Made by a program: the position numbers and the translations under genes. A stretch of DNA of 35,367 nt from Romboutsia sp. (GTDB lineage: Bacteria; Bacillota; Clostridia; Peptostreptococcales; Peptostreptococcaceae). Position 1 is the stretch's first letter. Every line of letters starts with the position of its first letter. Location: the NCBI GenBank assembly GCA_017889265.1, contig JAGHEK010000013.1, positions 1-35,367 of the forward strand. The letters are read 5' to 3'. Of this stretch, positions 8,684 through 16,967 are shown piece after piece. A model generated the notes under the pieces. It saw nothing but the letters and a program-made list of their open reading frames with translations, searched no databases and had not been told where the DNA came from.

Positions 8684-9430
8684 TTATTCACCTTCAGTCT
8701 TTAGCGCTTTTTGTTTTATATGGCTATTTATATTTTCTAGTTGTTTATTTGTTATCATAACTTTTAATATATCATCTAAATAAAAATCTTTACTGTCTAT
8801 ATATAAAAAATCGTATATTCTTTTTATAAGTTCAAAGTCTTCCTTGGTATCAAGTGTTAATCTATATTTTGAATAATCAATATCATTTTTATAATAATAT
8901 ATATCCTTTTCATTTTCATAAATATATGGTGTTACATGCTCTTTTTGATAATCTTTGTTTGCATTTTTGTATGCATTCTCTAAAGCATTAAAATCAAAAA
9001 TTTCAGTATCTAAACCTCTTGGATAAGTTCTATTATGTATATCTCCTGCATTAGTAACTAATCTATAATTACTTTTTAAGTAAAAACCTAACATTTCATC
9101 TATAACTAAATGGTCTATTAAAGGACAATCAGATGTTATTCTAATAACTATATCCGCTTTATTTTCCTTTGCACACAAATAATATCTACTTAAAACATCA
9201 CTTTCACTACCTCTAAAATATTTACATCCTATTTTTTTACATTCATCCACTATCTTATCATCTTGTTCTAAATCAGTAGTCGCTACTATAACTTCATCTA
9301 TATATTTAGATTTTTTAACTCTATCAACGACATGATTAAGAACAGTTTTACCTTTTAAATCTAATAAAACTTTCCCTGGTAACCTTGTTGAACCAACTCT
9401 TGCTTGTATTATAGCTACTATTTTTTTCAT
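8684..9430 (-). CDS. SpsF/FlmC-type cytidylyltransferase, probable CMP-pseudaminic acid synthetase (PseF role)
   Basis: 248 aa. N-terminus IVAIIQARVGSTRLPGKVLLDLKGKTVL is the CTP_transf_3/SpsF signature. It is the only nucleotidyltransferase in the pse operon. Confidence 0.6.
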   Translation of the reverse strand: MKKIVAIIQARVGSTRLPGKVLLDLKGKTVLNHVVDRVKKSKYIDEVIVATTDLEQDDKIVDECKKIGCKYFRGSESDVLSRYYLCAKENKADIVIRITSDCPLIDHLVIDEMLGFYLKSNYRLVTNAGDIHNRTYPRGLDTEIFDFNALENAYKNANKDYQKEHVTPYIYENEKDIYYYKNDIDYSKYRLTLDTKEDFELIKRIYDFLYIDSKDFYLDDILKVMITNKQLENINSHIKQKALKTEGE

Positions 9431-9437
9431 AAAAATC

Positions 9438-10625
9438 CTACTTTCTATAATAACCTAAAACTTTATTAACAGCATTTATCACATCATAAAAATCATCATT
9501 GCTCATTCCAGGATATAAAGGAAGAGTAATCATAGAATTATATAACTCTTCAGCATTTGGACAAAGACCTTTTTTATAGTCAAGGTTTTTATAATAAGGA
9601 TGCAAATAAACAGGTAGATAATGAACATTTACACCTATATTTTCTGCAAATAATGCCTCAAATATTTCTTTTCTACCAACCTTAAATTTATCTAAATCAA
9701 GTTTCATTATATATAAGTGCCTGCTTGTATCCGAAAATTCTCCTTCCTTTTGAATAATTACTCCATCTATTTTAGATAAATATTCATTATACATTCCAAC
9801 AAGTTCTTTTCTTCTTTTTATAAATCCATCTAACTTATCCATTTGAGTAATACCAAGAGCACATTGCAAATCAGTTATTCTATAGTTATACCCTAAATCA
9901 ATCTGTTCATAATACCAAGGTCCTTCATCTTTATTTTCCATAAACTCAGTATTTCTAGTTATTCCATGAGTTCTAAACAAAATCAATTTTTCATATAAAT
10001 CTTTTCTATTAGTAGTTATAATTCCACCCTCTGCAGTTGTAACAGTTTTCACAGGATGAAAACTAAACTCAGTCATATCAGAAATACTTCCAATAAACTT
10101 TCCTTTATATTTAGTGCCTAATGCATGAGCGGCATCTTCTATAACTATTAGATTATACTTTTTTGCCAATTCCAAAATAGGATCTAAATCAACAGATTGA
10201 CCAGTAAAATGAACTGGTATTATAGCTTTAGTTTTATGAGTAATCTTTTTTTCTATTTCATTTACATCTATATTATAAGTTTCTTTATCTATATCGACAA
10301 AAACAGGCTTAGCACCACAGTAGAGTATACAATTAGCAGATGCTGCAAAAGTCATAGGTGTAGTGATAACCTCATCATCCTCTTTTATCCCTGCCGAAAG
10401 ACAAGCTATATGAAGTGCAGCAGTACCATTGGATACTGCTACAGCATACTTTGAACCAACATAATCAGCAACCTTTTTCTCAAACTCCGAAACTGTAGGT
10501 CCTGTAGTTAAATAATCTCCATTTAATATATTTACTACTGACTTTATGTCATCCTCATCTATAACTTGCTTACCATATGGTAAAAATTTATTTCTTACAG
10601 GAGTTCCTCCATTTATAGCTAACAA
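9438..10625 (-). CDS. pseC: UDP-4-amino-4,6-dideoxy-N-acetyl-beta-L-altrosamine transaminase
   Basis: 395 aa, full-length DegT-family protein. Has LPYGKQVIDEDDIKSVVNILNGDYLTTGP...AVAVSNGTAALHIA and the PLP-lysine motif FSFHPVKTVTTAEGG. Lies directly downstream of pseB. Confidence 0.8.
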   Translation of the reverse strand: MLAINGGTPVRNKFLPYGKQVIDEDDIKSVVNILNGDYLTTGPTVSEFEKKVADYVGSKYAVAVSNGTAALHIACLSAGIKEDDEVITTPMTFAASANCILYCGAKPVFVDIDKETYNIDVNEIEKKITHKTKAIIPVHFTGQSVDLDPILELAKKYNLIVIEDAAHALGTKYKGKFIGSISDMTEFSFHPVKTVTTAEGGIITTNRKDLYEKLILFRTHGITRNTEFMENKDEGPWYYEQIDLGYNYRITDLQCALGITQMDKLDGFIKRRKELVGMYNEYLSKIDGVIIQKEGEFSDTSRHLYIMKLDLDKFKVGRKEIFEALFAENIGVNVHYLPVYLHPYYKNLDYKKGLCPNAEELYNSMITLPLYPGMSNDDFYDVINAVNKVLGYYRK

Positions 10626-10639
10626 ACAAAATCACTCCT

Positions 10640-11659
10640 TTATTTTTCTAGCTTATATATACCTAGTTTTTCCATTTCATTTCTTAAATCTTCAATACTC
10701 AACCACTCAGCATTATTTCCAGAATTATATTCAAACCCATTTTCTATAGGTTTACCGCCTTCTGTAAAATAACTCTCCTTATTCCACCAATCAAAATGTG
10801 GATATATTATATAGTGTTTTTCGTATTCATAAGTAGTTCTAGAATCATCTTTAGTAACCATCACTTCGTGAAGTTTTTCACCTTCTCTTATACCTACATG
10901 CTTTAATTTGCATCCAGGTAACATAGCTTCTGCTAAATCAGTTATCTTAAAAGAAGGAATTTTTGAAATATAAGTTTCTCCACCTTTCGACTCTTCCAAT
11001 GCCTTTAAAACTAAATCTATACCTTCTTCAAGGCTTATCCAAAATCTAGTCATATTAAAATCAGTTATAGGAAGTTCATCTACTCCTTTTTCTATTAAAT
11101 CCTTAAAAAACGGTATTACAGAACCTCTACTACCTGCTACATTTCCGTATCTAACTACCGAAAAAATAGTTCCTTTATCTGCTGCATAAGCATTTGCCGA
11201 AATAAAAAGTTTATCCGATACTAACTTAGTTCCTCCATATAAATTAATTGGATTAACTGCTTTATCAGTAGATAATGCTACAACCTTTTTGACTTTTCTA
11301 TCTATTGCTGCATCTACTACATTTTGCGCTCCGTTTATATTAGTCATTATAGCTTCAAAAGGATTATATTCACAGGCAGGTACTTGCTTCATCGCAGCAG
11401 CATGAACTACATAATCAACTCCATCAAATGCTCTATATAGTCTATTTTTATCTCTTACATCACCTATGAAAAATCTAAGCTTAGATAATTTTTCTGGCAT
11501 TTCTATCGATATTTCTTTTTTGAATAAATCTTGCTTAAATTCATCTCTTGAAAAAATTATTACTTTTTTAGGAGAATATTTTTTTAAAATCATTTTAGTA
11601 AATGATTTACCAAAGCTTCCTGTTCCTCCTGTTATAAGTATTGTTTTATTATTTAACAT
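10640..11659 (-). CDS. pseB: UDP-N-acetylglucosamine 4,6-dehydratase (inverting)
   Basis: 339 aa. Motifs KTILITGGTGSFGKSF, IIFSRDEFKQ, LRFFIGDVRD, HAAAMKQVPACEYNPFEAIMTNINGAQNV, VVALSTDKAVNPINLYGGTKLVSDKLF. This is the classic PseB/FlaA1 pattern. Confidence 0.9.
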   Translation of the reverse strand: MLNNKTILITGGTGSFGKSFTKMILKKYSPKKVIIFSRDEFKQDLFKKEISIEMPEKLSKLRFFIGDVRDKNRLYRAFDGVDYVVHAAAMKQVPACEYNPFEAIMTNINGAQNVVDAAIDRKVKKVVALSTDKAVNPINLYGGTKLVSDKLFISANAYAADKGTIFSVVRYGNVAGSRGSVIPFFKDLIEKGVDELPITDFNMTRFWISLEEGIDLVLKALEESKGGETYISKIPSFKITDLAEAMLPGCKLKHVGIREGEKLHEVMVTKDDSRTTYEYEKHYIIYPHFDWWNKESYFTEGGKPIENGFEYNSGNNAEWLSIEDLRNEMEKLGIYKLEK

Positions 11660-11677
11660 TTATATCACTTCCAAATT

Positions 11678-12895
11678 TTATTTTCCTATCATTAATATCA
11701 TATGATTTATTGTATTTTGATTATTGTCTTTCAAATATTCATATATTCTATTGTTAAGTGTACTATCGTGCAATAAAGCTTTGCTATAATTTTGTATTAA
11801 AGAAACTAGTCTTTCTATATTCATATCATTTTTATAATAAGCACACATACCTATAATATTTAATTTTACTATAACAAAATTAACTATCAAGTTCATATAA
11901 GATAATATTATATTACCTTTATTGTTATATGGAAATAAATTGTTAAATATATAATTTACTAAATAATTTTCATATATATACTCTTTGTCTTTTATAAATT
12001 CTTCGTATGTTCCATTAATAGTATCTATAAATTTATTTCTAGAATTTTCTATGTTATCTATATACAATTCTAAACCTTCAATCATATGTTGTATATTTTC
12101 TCTATATCTTTCATTAAACATAGATCTATTTGGTATAATATTATTCGATAATAAAAATAACAAAGAAAATTGTGCTTCTATTGTATTATCTATACTTATC
12201 TTTTCTAATATATTGTTATAGTATCCTCTGTTTATATTAATATTATATTTATCTATTATACTCAAAATATTACATTCCTCAATAGTATCTAATTCATTAA
12301 AAAATAAACCTAGTATTATTAATCTTTCCTCTATCACAAATTTTCTATTTTGAAGTAATGTTATAGAAAATTCACGAAGTTCATAAAAATATTTTTCTAA
12401 AATATTTTTACTATTTATAGAATGTATATTTTCAGATATCATTATTTCAGATAATTCTTCTTCAACTAACTCAAATTCCATCATATTTTCATTCAATAAA
12501 ACTAATCTTGCAGCTTCTATACAAGATAAAGTTAAAGCTCCTTGAATAACACCATCTACACAATTATATGCTCTTGGATAACTTCTACAAGTATAACACA
12601 TACTATCTTCCCCTAATATACTATATATGCTACATAAATTATTTTCATCTAAAAAAACACATTTATTGTCGTATAATTTAAACCTTGCAAAATTATAATC
12701 ATCAGTTGCTTTCCTGTTCCTAGAAGTGTGTTGTTGTAATTTTTTCCTCATATTTATATTTTTGCATTTAATATACTTTTTATAAGTTTTTTTATCTATA
12801 GTAATATCCCATCCTTTACAACATGTGTCTTCACAATTACTTCCTATACATTTAAATTTATCAAAATACTGTGGTTTAAGTATTTTATATCTCAT
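11678..12895 (-). CDS. fliB: Flagellin lysine-N-methylase (FliB family)
   Basis: 405 aa. N-terminus FDKFKCIGSNCEDTCCKGWDITIDKKTYKKY matches the Salmonella FliB cysteine motif (C-x-GS-x-C-x-D-x-CCKGW-x-IT-x-DK-x-T-x-KKY). Further Cys blocks follow (NKCVFLDENNLCSIY, CYTCRSYPR). Size matches FliB (~400 aa). Confidence 0.8.
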   Translation of the reverse strand: MRYKILKPQYFDKFKCIGSNCEDTCCKGWDITIDKKTYKKYIKCKNINMRKKLQQHTSRNRKATDDYNFARFKLYDNKCVFLDENNLCSIYSILGEDSMCYTCRSYPRAYNCVDGVIQGALTLSCIEAARLVLLNENMMEFELVEEELSEIMISENIHSINSKNILEKYFYELREFSITLLQNRKFVIEERLIILGLFFNELDTIEECNILSIIDKYNININRGYYNNILEKISIDNTIEAQFSLLFLLSNNIIPNRSMFNERYRENIQHMIEGLELYIDNIENSRNKFIDTINGTYEEFIKDKEYIYENYLVNYIFNNLFPYNNKGNIILSYMNLIVNFVIVKLNIIGMCAYYKNDMNIERLVSLIQNYSKALLHDSTLNNRIYEYLKDNNQNTINHMILMIGK

Positions 12896-12910
12896 ACTAA
12901 TATCCTTTCA

Positions 12911-14017
12911 TTAATCGTCATAAAAATTCATCTTTGTATCTTTGATAACTATATCTTCAAGCACATCACAAATCAATTCATATGCATATTTTTCTTTATC
13001 TATATAAAAATTTTCTAGTATTAAATTTTCATCAATAGGAAATTTGGTTATATTATCATTATCATTAAATTGCTTAAATCCTTCATAATCAGTTATAAAA
13101 TTTCCATCATTAGTTAAACCGTTATGCATCCATTCAGCTATAGGTATTGGTCTAAGTATAGAGCAATTTTTTTTCATAAAATATATATCAACTATCGAAG
13201 TACTTATCCACGTATGTATTTTATCACACACTTTTATCCAAGATCTAACCGAATCATTTTTTATTATATGGAAATTTTTATTATTTTCCTGAATAGAATA
13301 TATTTTTTTATCTAATGCTTCTGCTGGATGAGGTCTATATATAAACTCGCATTCATTATCTGATATATATTTTTCGATCCACTCCAATATTATATTTCTA
13401 CTAGTTGTATCAACTTCTATTCTTTCATTTATTCTATCATTTCCAAAACGAATAGCATTATATTTTTTTCTCATTTCACTTAAATTAACCATTGCAAAAC
13501 TCGAAAGAAATATTATCCATTTTTTGTTGGTATCCAAATCATACTCCATCGCAATCTCATCTCTTTTTTTAAAAACACTATTAAATCTTTCTCTATCCAT
13601 GTCAACATTCATAGATCCAGTTATTATACAATTTTCTTTAGGCACCCCATTTTTCACCATATTATCATACCACTTTTTACCCCAACACAAATGAATAGCA
13701 TTTCTATTTAATCCTTTAGGTATATGAAAGCCTATTTCATTATGTCCTTTAGTCAATATTTGTTCATACTGTAAATTTACAATTCTCTTTATTTTAGTAT
13801 CAAATATTTCTTTGAAAATCATTAACTGACCATCCTCATATAGATATGGTGTTAAAATAGCATCTGGAGTAAATTTTAATTTTTCTTTAGTTATATTTAT
13901 CATATAAAATGGATCACAAATGTATAAATTATGTCCTCTTTTATTAAGTTCTGCTTTTAGCAGATATGCATTTTGTAATTCTCTTTCTGTACACTCATAA
14001 AATAATACAAAGTCCAT
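12911..14017 (-). CDS. Conserved hypothetical 368-aa protein, putative GT-B-like transferase with EDG and RPHP motifs; paralog of 1728..2837
   Basis: RBS AAGGAG. E61-D62-G63 (YLYEDGQL) and H230-P231 (FIYRPHPAEA). Tail motif VRSWIKVCDKIHTWISTSIVDIYFMKK resembles the C-terminal half of CMP-sugar or CDP-alditol dependent GT-B enzymes. Confidence 0.5.
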   Translation of the reverse strand: MDFVLFYECTERELQNAYLLKAELNKRGHNLYICDPFYMINITKEKLKFTPDAILTPYLYEDGQLMIFKEIFDTKIKRIVNLQYEQILTKGHNEIGFHIPKGLNRNAIHLCWGKKWYDNMVKNGVPKENCIITGSMNVDMDRERFNSVFKKRDEIAMEYDLDTNKKWIIFLSSFAMVNLSEMRKKYNAIRFGNDRINERIEVDTTSRNIILEWIEKYISDNECEFIYRPHPAEALDKKIYSIQENNKNFHIIKNDSVRSWIKVCDKIHTWISTSIVDIYFMKKNCSILRPIPIAEWMHNGLTNDGNFITDYEGFKQFNDNDNITKFPIDENLILENFYIDKEKYAYELICDVLEDIVIKDTKMNFYDD

Positions 14018-14027
14018 ATAAACTCCT

Positions 14028-15353
14028 TTATAAATTTAGTAATATATTTTTAAATTTATCCTCCAAAAAATTATAATAATTTAACTTTTCATTTATAGAA
14101 AATTCTATATTTTGAATAAGAATATATAGGTTATCCTTAATAGCATCAATATCACCAATAATTACATCTGAACATTCATTAAGATATTTTTTCAGATTGT
14201 CATAACTTTTATATTTTTCAAAATATTTATTGCTAGACAGAAGCTCTTCTAAGACTCTTCGGTCATCTTTTGATAATATTTTATTTTTCTCTATATCATT
14301 AATTATATTAGTTACAGTGTATATATCGTTATAGTGATTTTTATACGAGTTTAATAAATTATTCTTGGTTCTTTCATATAGTATAGGAGAATCTATCAAT
14401 ATTTCGCTTTTTATTTCAATATCTATAAGTTCTTGTTTTTGAGACATATTTTTTATATCATCTATATATTTACTTGCTTTAATCATATCGTCTAAATCAT
14501 AGTTTAATTTCAATTGTTCAACAATACCTTCTATTATCTTAAACATATCATCAAGAATATTATGACATATTCTCAAATCTATAGTTATGCAATCAAAGTA
14601 TATGTTTTTTAATTTATTTAATAATTCAAATCTATATTTTATAGCATTATATCTTGTATAATAATTATCCTTGTATATATTTTTATATACTTTTATATAT
14701 TTTATACTGTTTGATAAATACTGTATTTTATTTACTTTGATTAATGTTTCTAAGATAAATGTATAACAAAAATTAGGAAATTCTTCATTAAAGTATATAT
14801 TTTCTTTTTTTAAAAAACTTTTACTATATACATACATATTTATATCATATATTTCTAAATCTTTCGCTTTGAGCTTAGAGTAAAATTCAGTTCCTTTATA
14901 TAACCCCTCATTTATAAATCTATTTTTATTGGTAAAATCTATTTGCTTTACAACTTCTGTTGAATACTCGTGCATTGTTGATACTTTTTCTGGATTGTAT
15001 GAACAATCAAAGGTTAATATTTCTGATTTAAATATTTCTATATTATTATATAACTCTTCTAATGCATTCTGCTTAAATAAAGACATTCCATCACAAAAAT
15101 ATATATATTTACCAGTAGATAAATCTATCGCCTTATTCTTTAATTTATTTATATTATCATCTTCTGATGTCAATAAAGTAATATTCTTATATTTTTCAAT
15201 ATAATTTTGTAATAAATTAATATTATTGATATTACTTCTTGGAATGCAAATTATTATTTCATATGAATCTAGTCTTTGATTTAAAATGCTTTCGATACAA
15301 TCAAAAATAGTGTCATCTATTCTTACAATAGTTAGTACAACTGTAAATTTCAT
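14028..15353 (-). CDS. GT-A (family-2-like) domain protein with degenerate motifs plus helical C-terminal region; paralog of 2843..4174
   Basis: I chose the ATG at 15353 (MKFTVVL...) because AAAGGAGA lies 4 nt upstream. The track's 15386 start would overlap the upstream gene. Sequence FTVVLTIVRIDDTIFDCIESILNQRLDSYEIIICIPRSN...STGKYIYFCDGMS shows CIP in place of DDGS and DGM in place of DXD. Confidence 0.55.
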   Translation of the reverse strand: MKFTVVLTIVRIDDTIFDCIESILNQRLDSYEIIICIPRSNINNINLLQNYIEKYKNITLLTSEDDNINKLKNKAIDLSTGKYIYFCDGMSLFKQNALEELYNNIEIFKSEILTFDCSYNPEKVSTMHEYSTEVVKQIDFTNKNRFINEGLYKGTEFYSKLKAKDLEIYDINMYVYSKSFLKKENIYFNEEFPNFCYTFILETLIKVNKIQYLSNSIKYIKVYKNIYKDNYYTRYNAIKYRFELLNKLKNIYFDCITIDLRICHNILDDMFKIIEGIVEQLKLNYDLDDMIKASKYIDDIKNMSQKQELIDIEIKSEILIDSPILYERTKNNLLNSYKNHYNDIYTVTNIINDIEKNKILSKDDRRVLEELLSSNKYFEKYKSYDNLKKYLNECSDVIIGDIDAIKDNLYILIQNIEFSINEKLNYYNFLEDKFKNILLNL

Positions 15354-15372
15354 ATAATCTCCTTTAGTAGTT

Positions 15373-16938
15373 TTATATACTTTCAACTAGTACCTTATAA
15401 TTTTTGTAGTATTCTTTATAGTTATCATTCTGATGCATATACATTAGATATGCTATATTTCTATTTGATATAGGTGAATTTATCAGGTTATATTCACCGT
15501 CTATCATTTTTAAATACATTTCATAAGAAGCTGTGTATTTACTAGCTTCAAAATTTAAAATGGCTAATCTATAGTCAATACAATCATCAGAATAAACGTC
15601 TGCTAGCGAAAAATTATGTATAGATATATTTATGATAAATTCCAACAAGCTAAAATTTTTTAAAGAATATAAATATAATATTTCAGCTAAATATATTTTT
15701 TTACAATATTTACTTTTAAGCATCGTGTCTATAATTTTTTCGAATTTTCTATTTCTTAATAATATAGAAATATAAATATGATAAATTTCTCTTGTTTCAT
15801 ATTCTTTATATAAATTTTCACACAATTTTTCTAATTCTTTTATATTGTAGTTTTTAAACCCTATGTCAAAAATCTTCATCATATACTTACTTTGATTATA
15901 TTCCTCATAATTTTCTAATTCTCTTATAAAATATTTATCGTTGGTATCAAAATACTTGTCGTTTAAAATTCTATCTGTAGTAGCATCTTTGTGTAATTTC
16001 TTATCTATAAAGTACATGTTATTTCTATTCTCAATAATTTTCTTATAATTATAAAAATTGATATCATTAGTAACTATTAAATCTGCATTTTTACAACATT
16101 CTTTTTCTAAAAACAAATTGACATTTCTATTAGTATAATATTTTAAGTCTGTATAATAATTAATATTCTGATAATATATAACTTTTATTTTATTTTTAAA
16201 CTTCATTATCAAATCCTGTATATTTACATCATTATATATTAACACTATATTGTCATAATTTCTTAAAATATATTCTATAATTAACTCTACTTTATTTGAG
16301 TTTACTTCATAATTTTTGATATTTGTATTATCTAAGTATAAATTTTCTTTGTCTATATTATCACTATATCTAACTTTTATAAAAATATTCCCACTATTTC
16401 TAGTATGATCAACTAAATTATAGTCATTAAACGAACCCAACATCAAAAAAGTAAATTTTTTATCTGGTAAATTATATACTATTTTTTTCTTTATATTTTC
16501 AATTTCATTTAATATATTTGTATCTTCTGTTATACTTAAACACCTATCATAAAAATATAGAGCTTCCTTAAGATTTCCAAGCAATATGTTTAAATATCCC
16601 ATATTATATAAACTATCAACATTATATTCATCAATTTTTAGAGATTCTAAAAAACAGTTTAATGATTCTTCTAAATTATTTTCTTTAAGACAAAGTATTC
16701 CTTTAAATGAATAGTACTTATCATCACAACCAATATTGTATTTATAACTTTCTAAATATTTTTTAGCTTCTTCTAATTCATTGCTATTTATACAATTTTC
16801 TATAATTTTTTCTAATTGATAACCAGTATAATTATCCATATAATTATACTCTGCTTTATTAGTATATTTTAATATTATACTTTTTAACTCTTCATCTTGA
16901 CTTAAAATAAGATTTCTTATTTTATTTAAATTTTTCAT
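15373..16938 (-). CDS. TPR-repeat protein; paralog of 4189..5634
   Basis: I chose the ATG at 16938 (MKNLNK...) with RBS AGAGGGA 5 nt upstream. The track's 16953 start is a TTG overlapping that RBS. TPR block LESLKIDEYNVDSLYNMGYLNILLGNLKEALYFYDRCLSI is nearly identical to copy B. Confidence 0.6.
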   Translation of the reverse strand: MKNLNKIRNLILSQDEELKSIILKYTNKAEYNYMDNYTGYQLEKIIENCINSNELEEAKKYLESYKYNIGCDDKYYSFKGILCLKENNLEESLNCFLESLKIDEYNVDSLYNMGYLNILLGNLKEALYFYDRCLSITEDTNILNEIENIKKKIVYNLPDKKFTFLMLGSFNDYNLVDHTRNSGNIFIKVRYSDNIDKENLYLDNTNIKNYEVNSNKVELIIEYILRNYDNIVLIYNDVNIQDLIMKFKNKIKVIYYQNINYYTDLKYYTNRNVNLFLEKECCKNADLIVTNDINFYNYKKIIENRNNMYFIDKKLHKDATTDRILNDKYFDTNDKYFIRELENYEEYNQSKYMMKIFDIGFKNYNIKELEKLCENLYKEYETREIYHIYISILLRNRKFEKIIDTMLKSKYCKKIYLAEILYLYSLKNFSLLEFIINISIHNFSLADVYSDDCIDYRLAILNFEASKYTASYEMYLKMIDGEYNLINSPISNRNIAYLMYMHQNDNYKEYYKNYKVLVESI

Positions 16939-16967
16939 AACAATCCCTCTCAAAAATATATATTTTT

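Larger units (their letters stand above)
12911..16953 (-). repeat. Module copy A: paralogous three-gene unit (TPR protein, GT-A-like protein, 368-aa RPHP protein)
   Basis: See copy B (1728..5634). Direct orientation, about 11 kb apart, bracketing fliB and the pse operon. Confidence 0.85.

Noticed and set aside
15354-15386. Extended starts offered by the track: ATG 15386 for the GT-A-like gene, TTG 16953 for the TPR gene and GTG 8691 for the formyltransferase.
   Set aside because: In each case an internal ATG a few codons downstream is preceded by a strong Shine-Dalgarno at 4-6 nt spacing. The extended start either overlaps the upstream gene or lies inside the RBS itself. The shorter versions were annotated.
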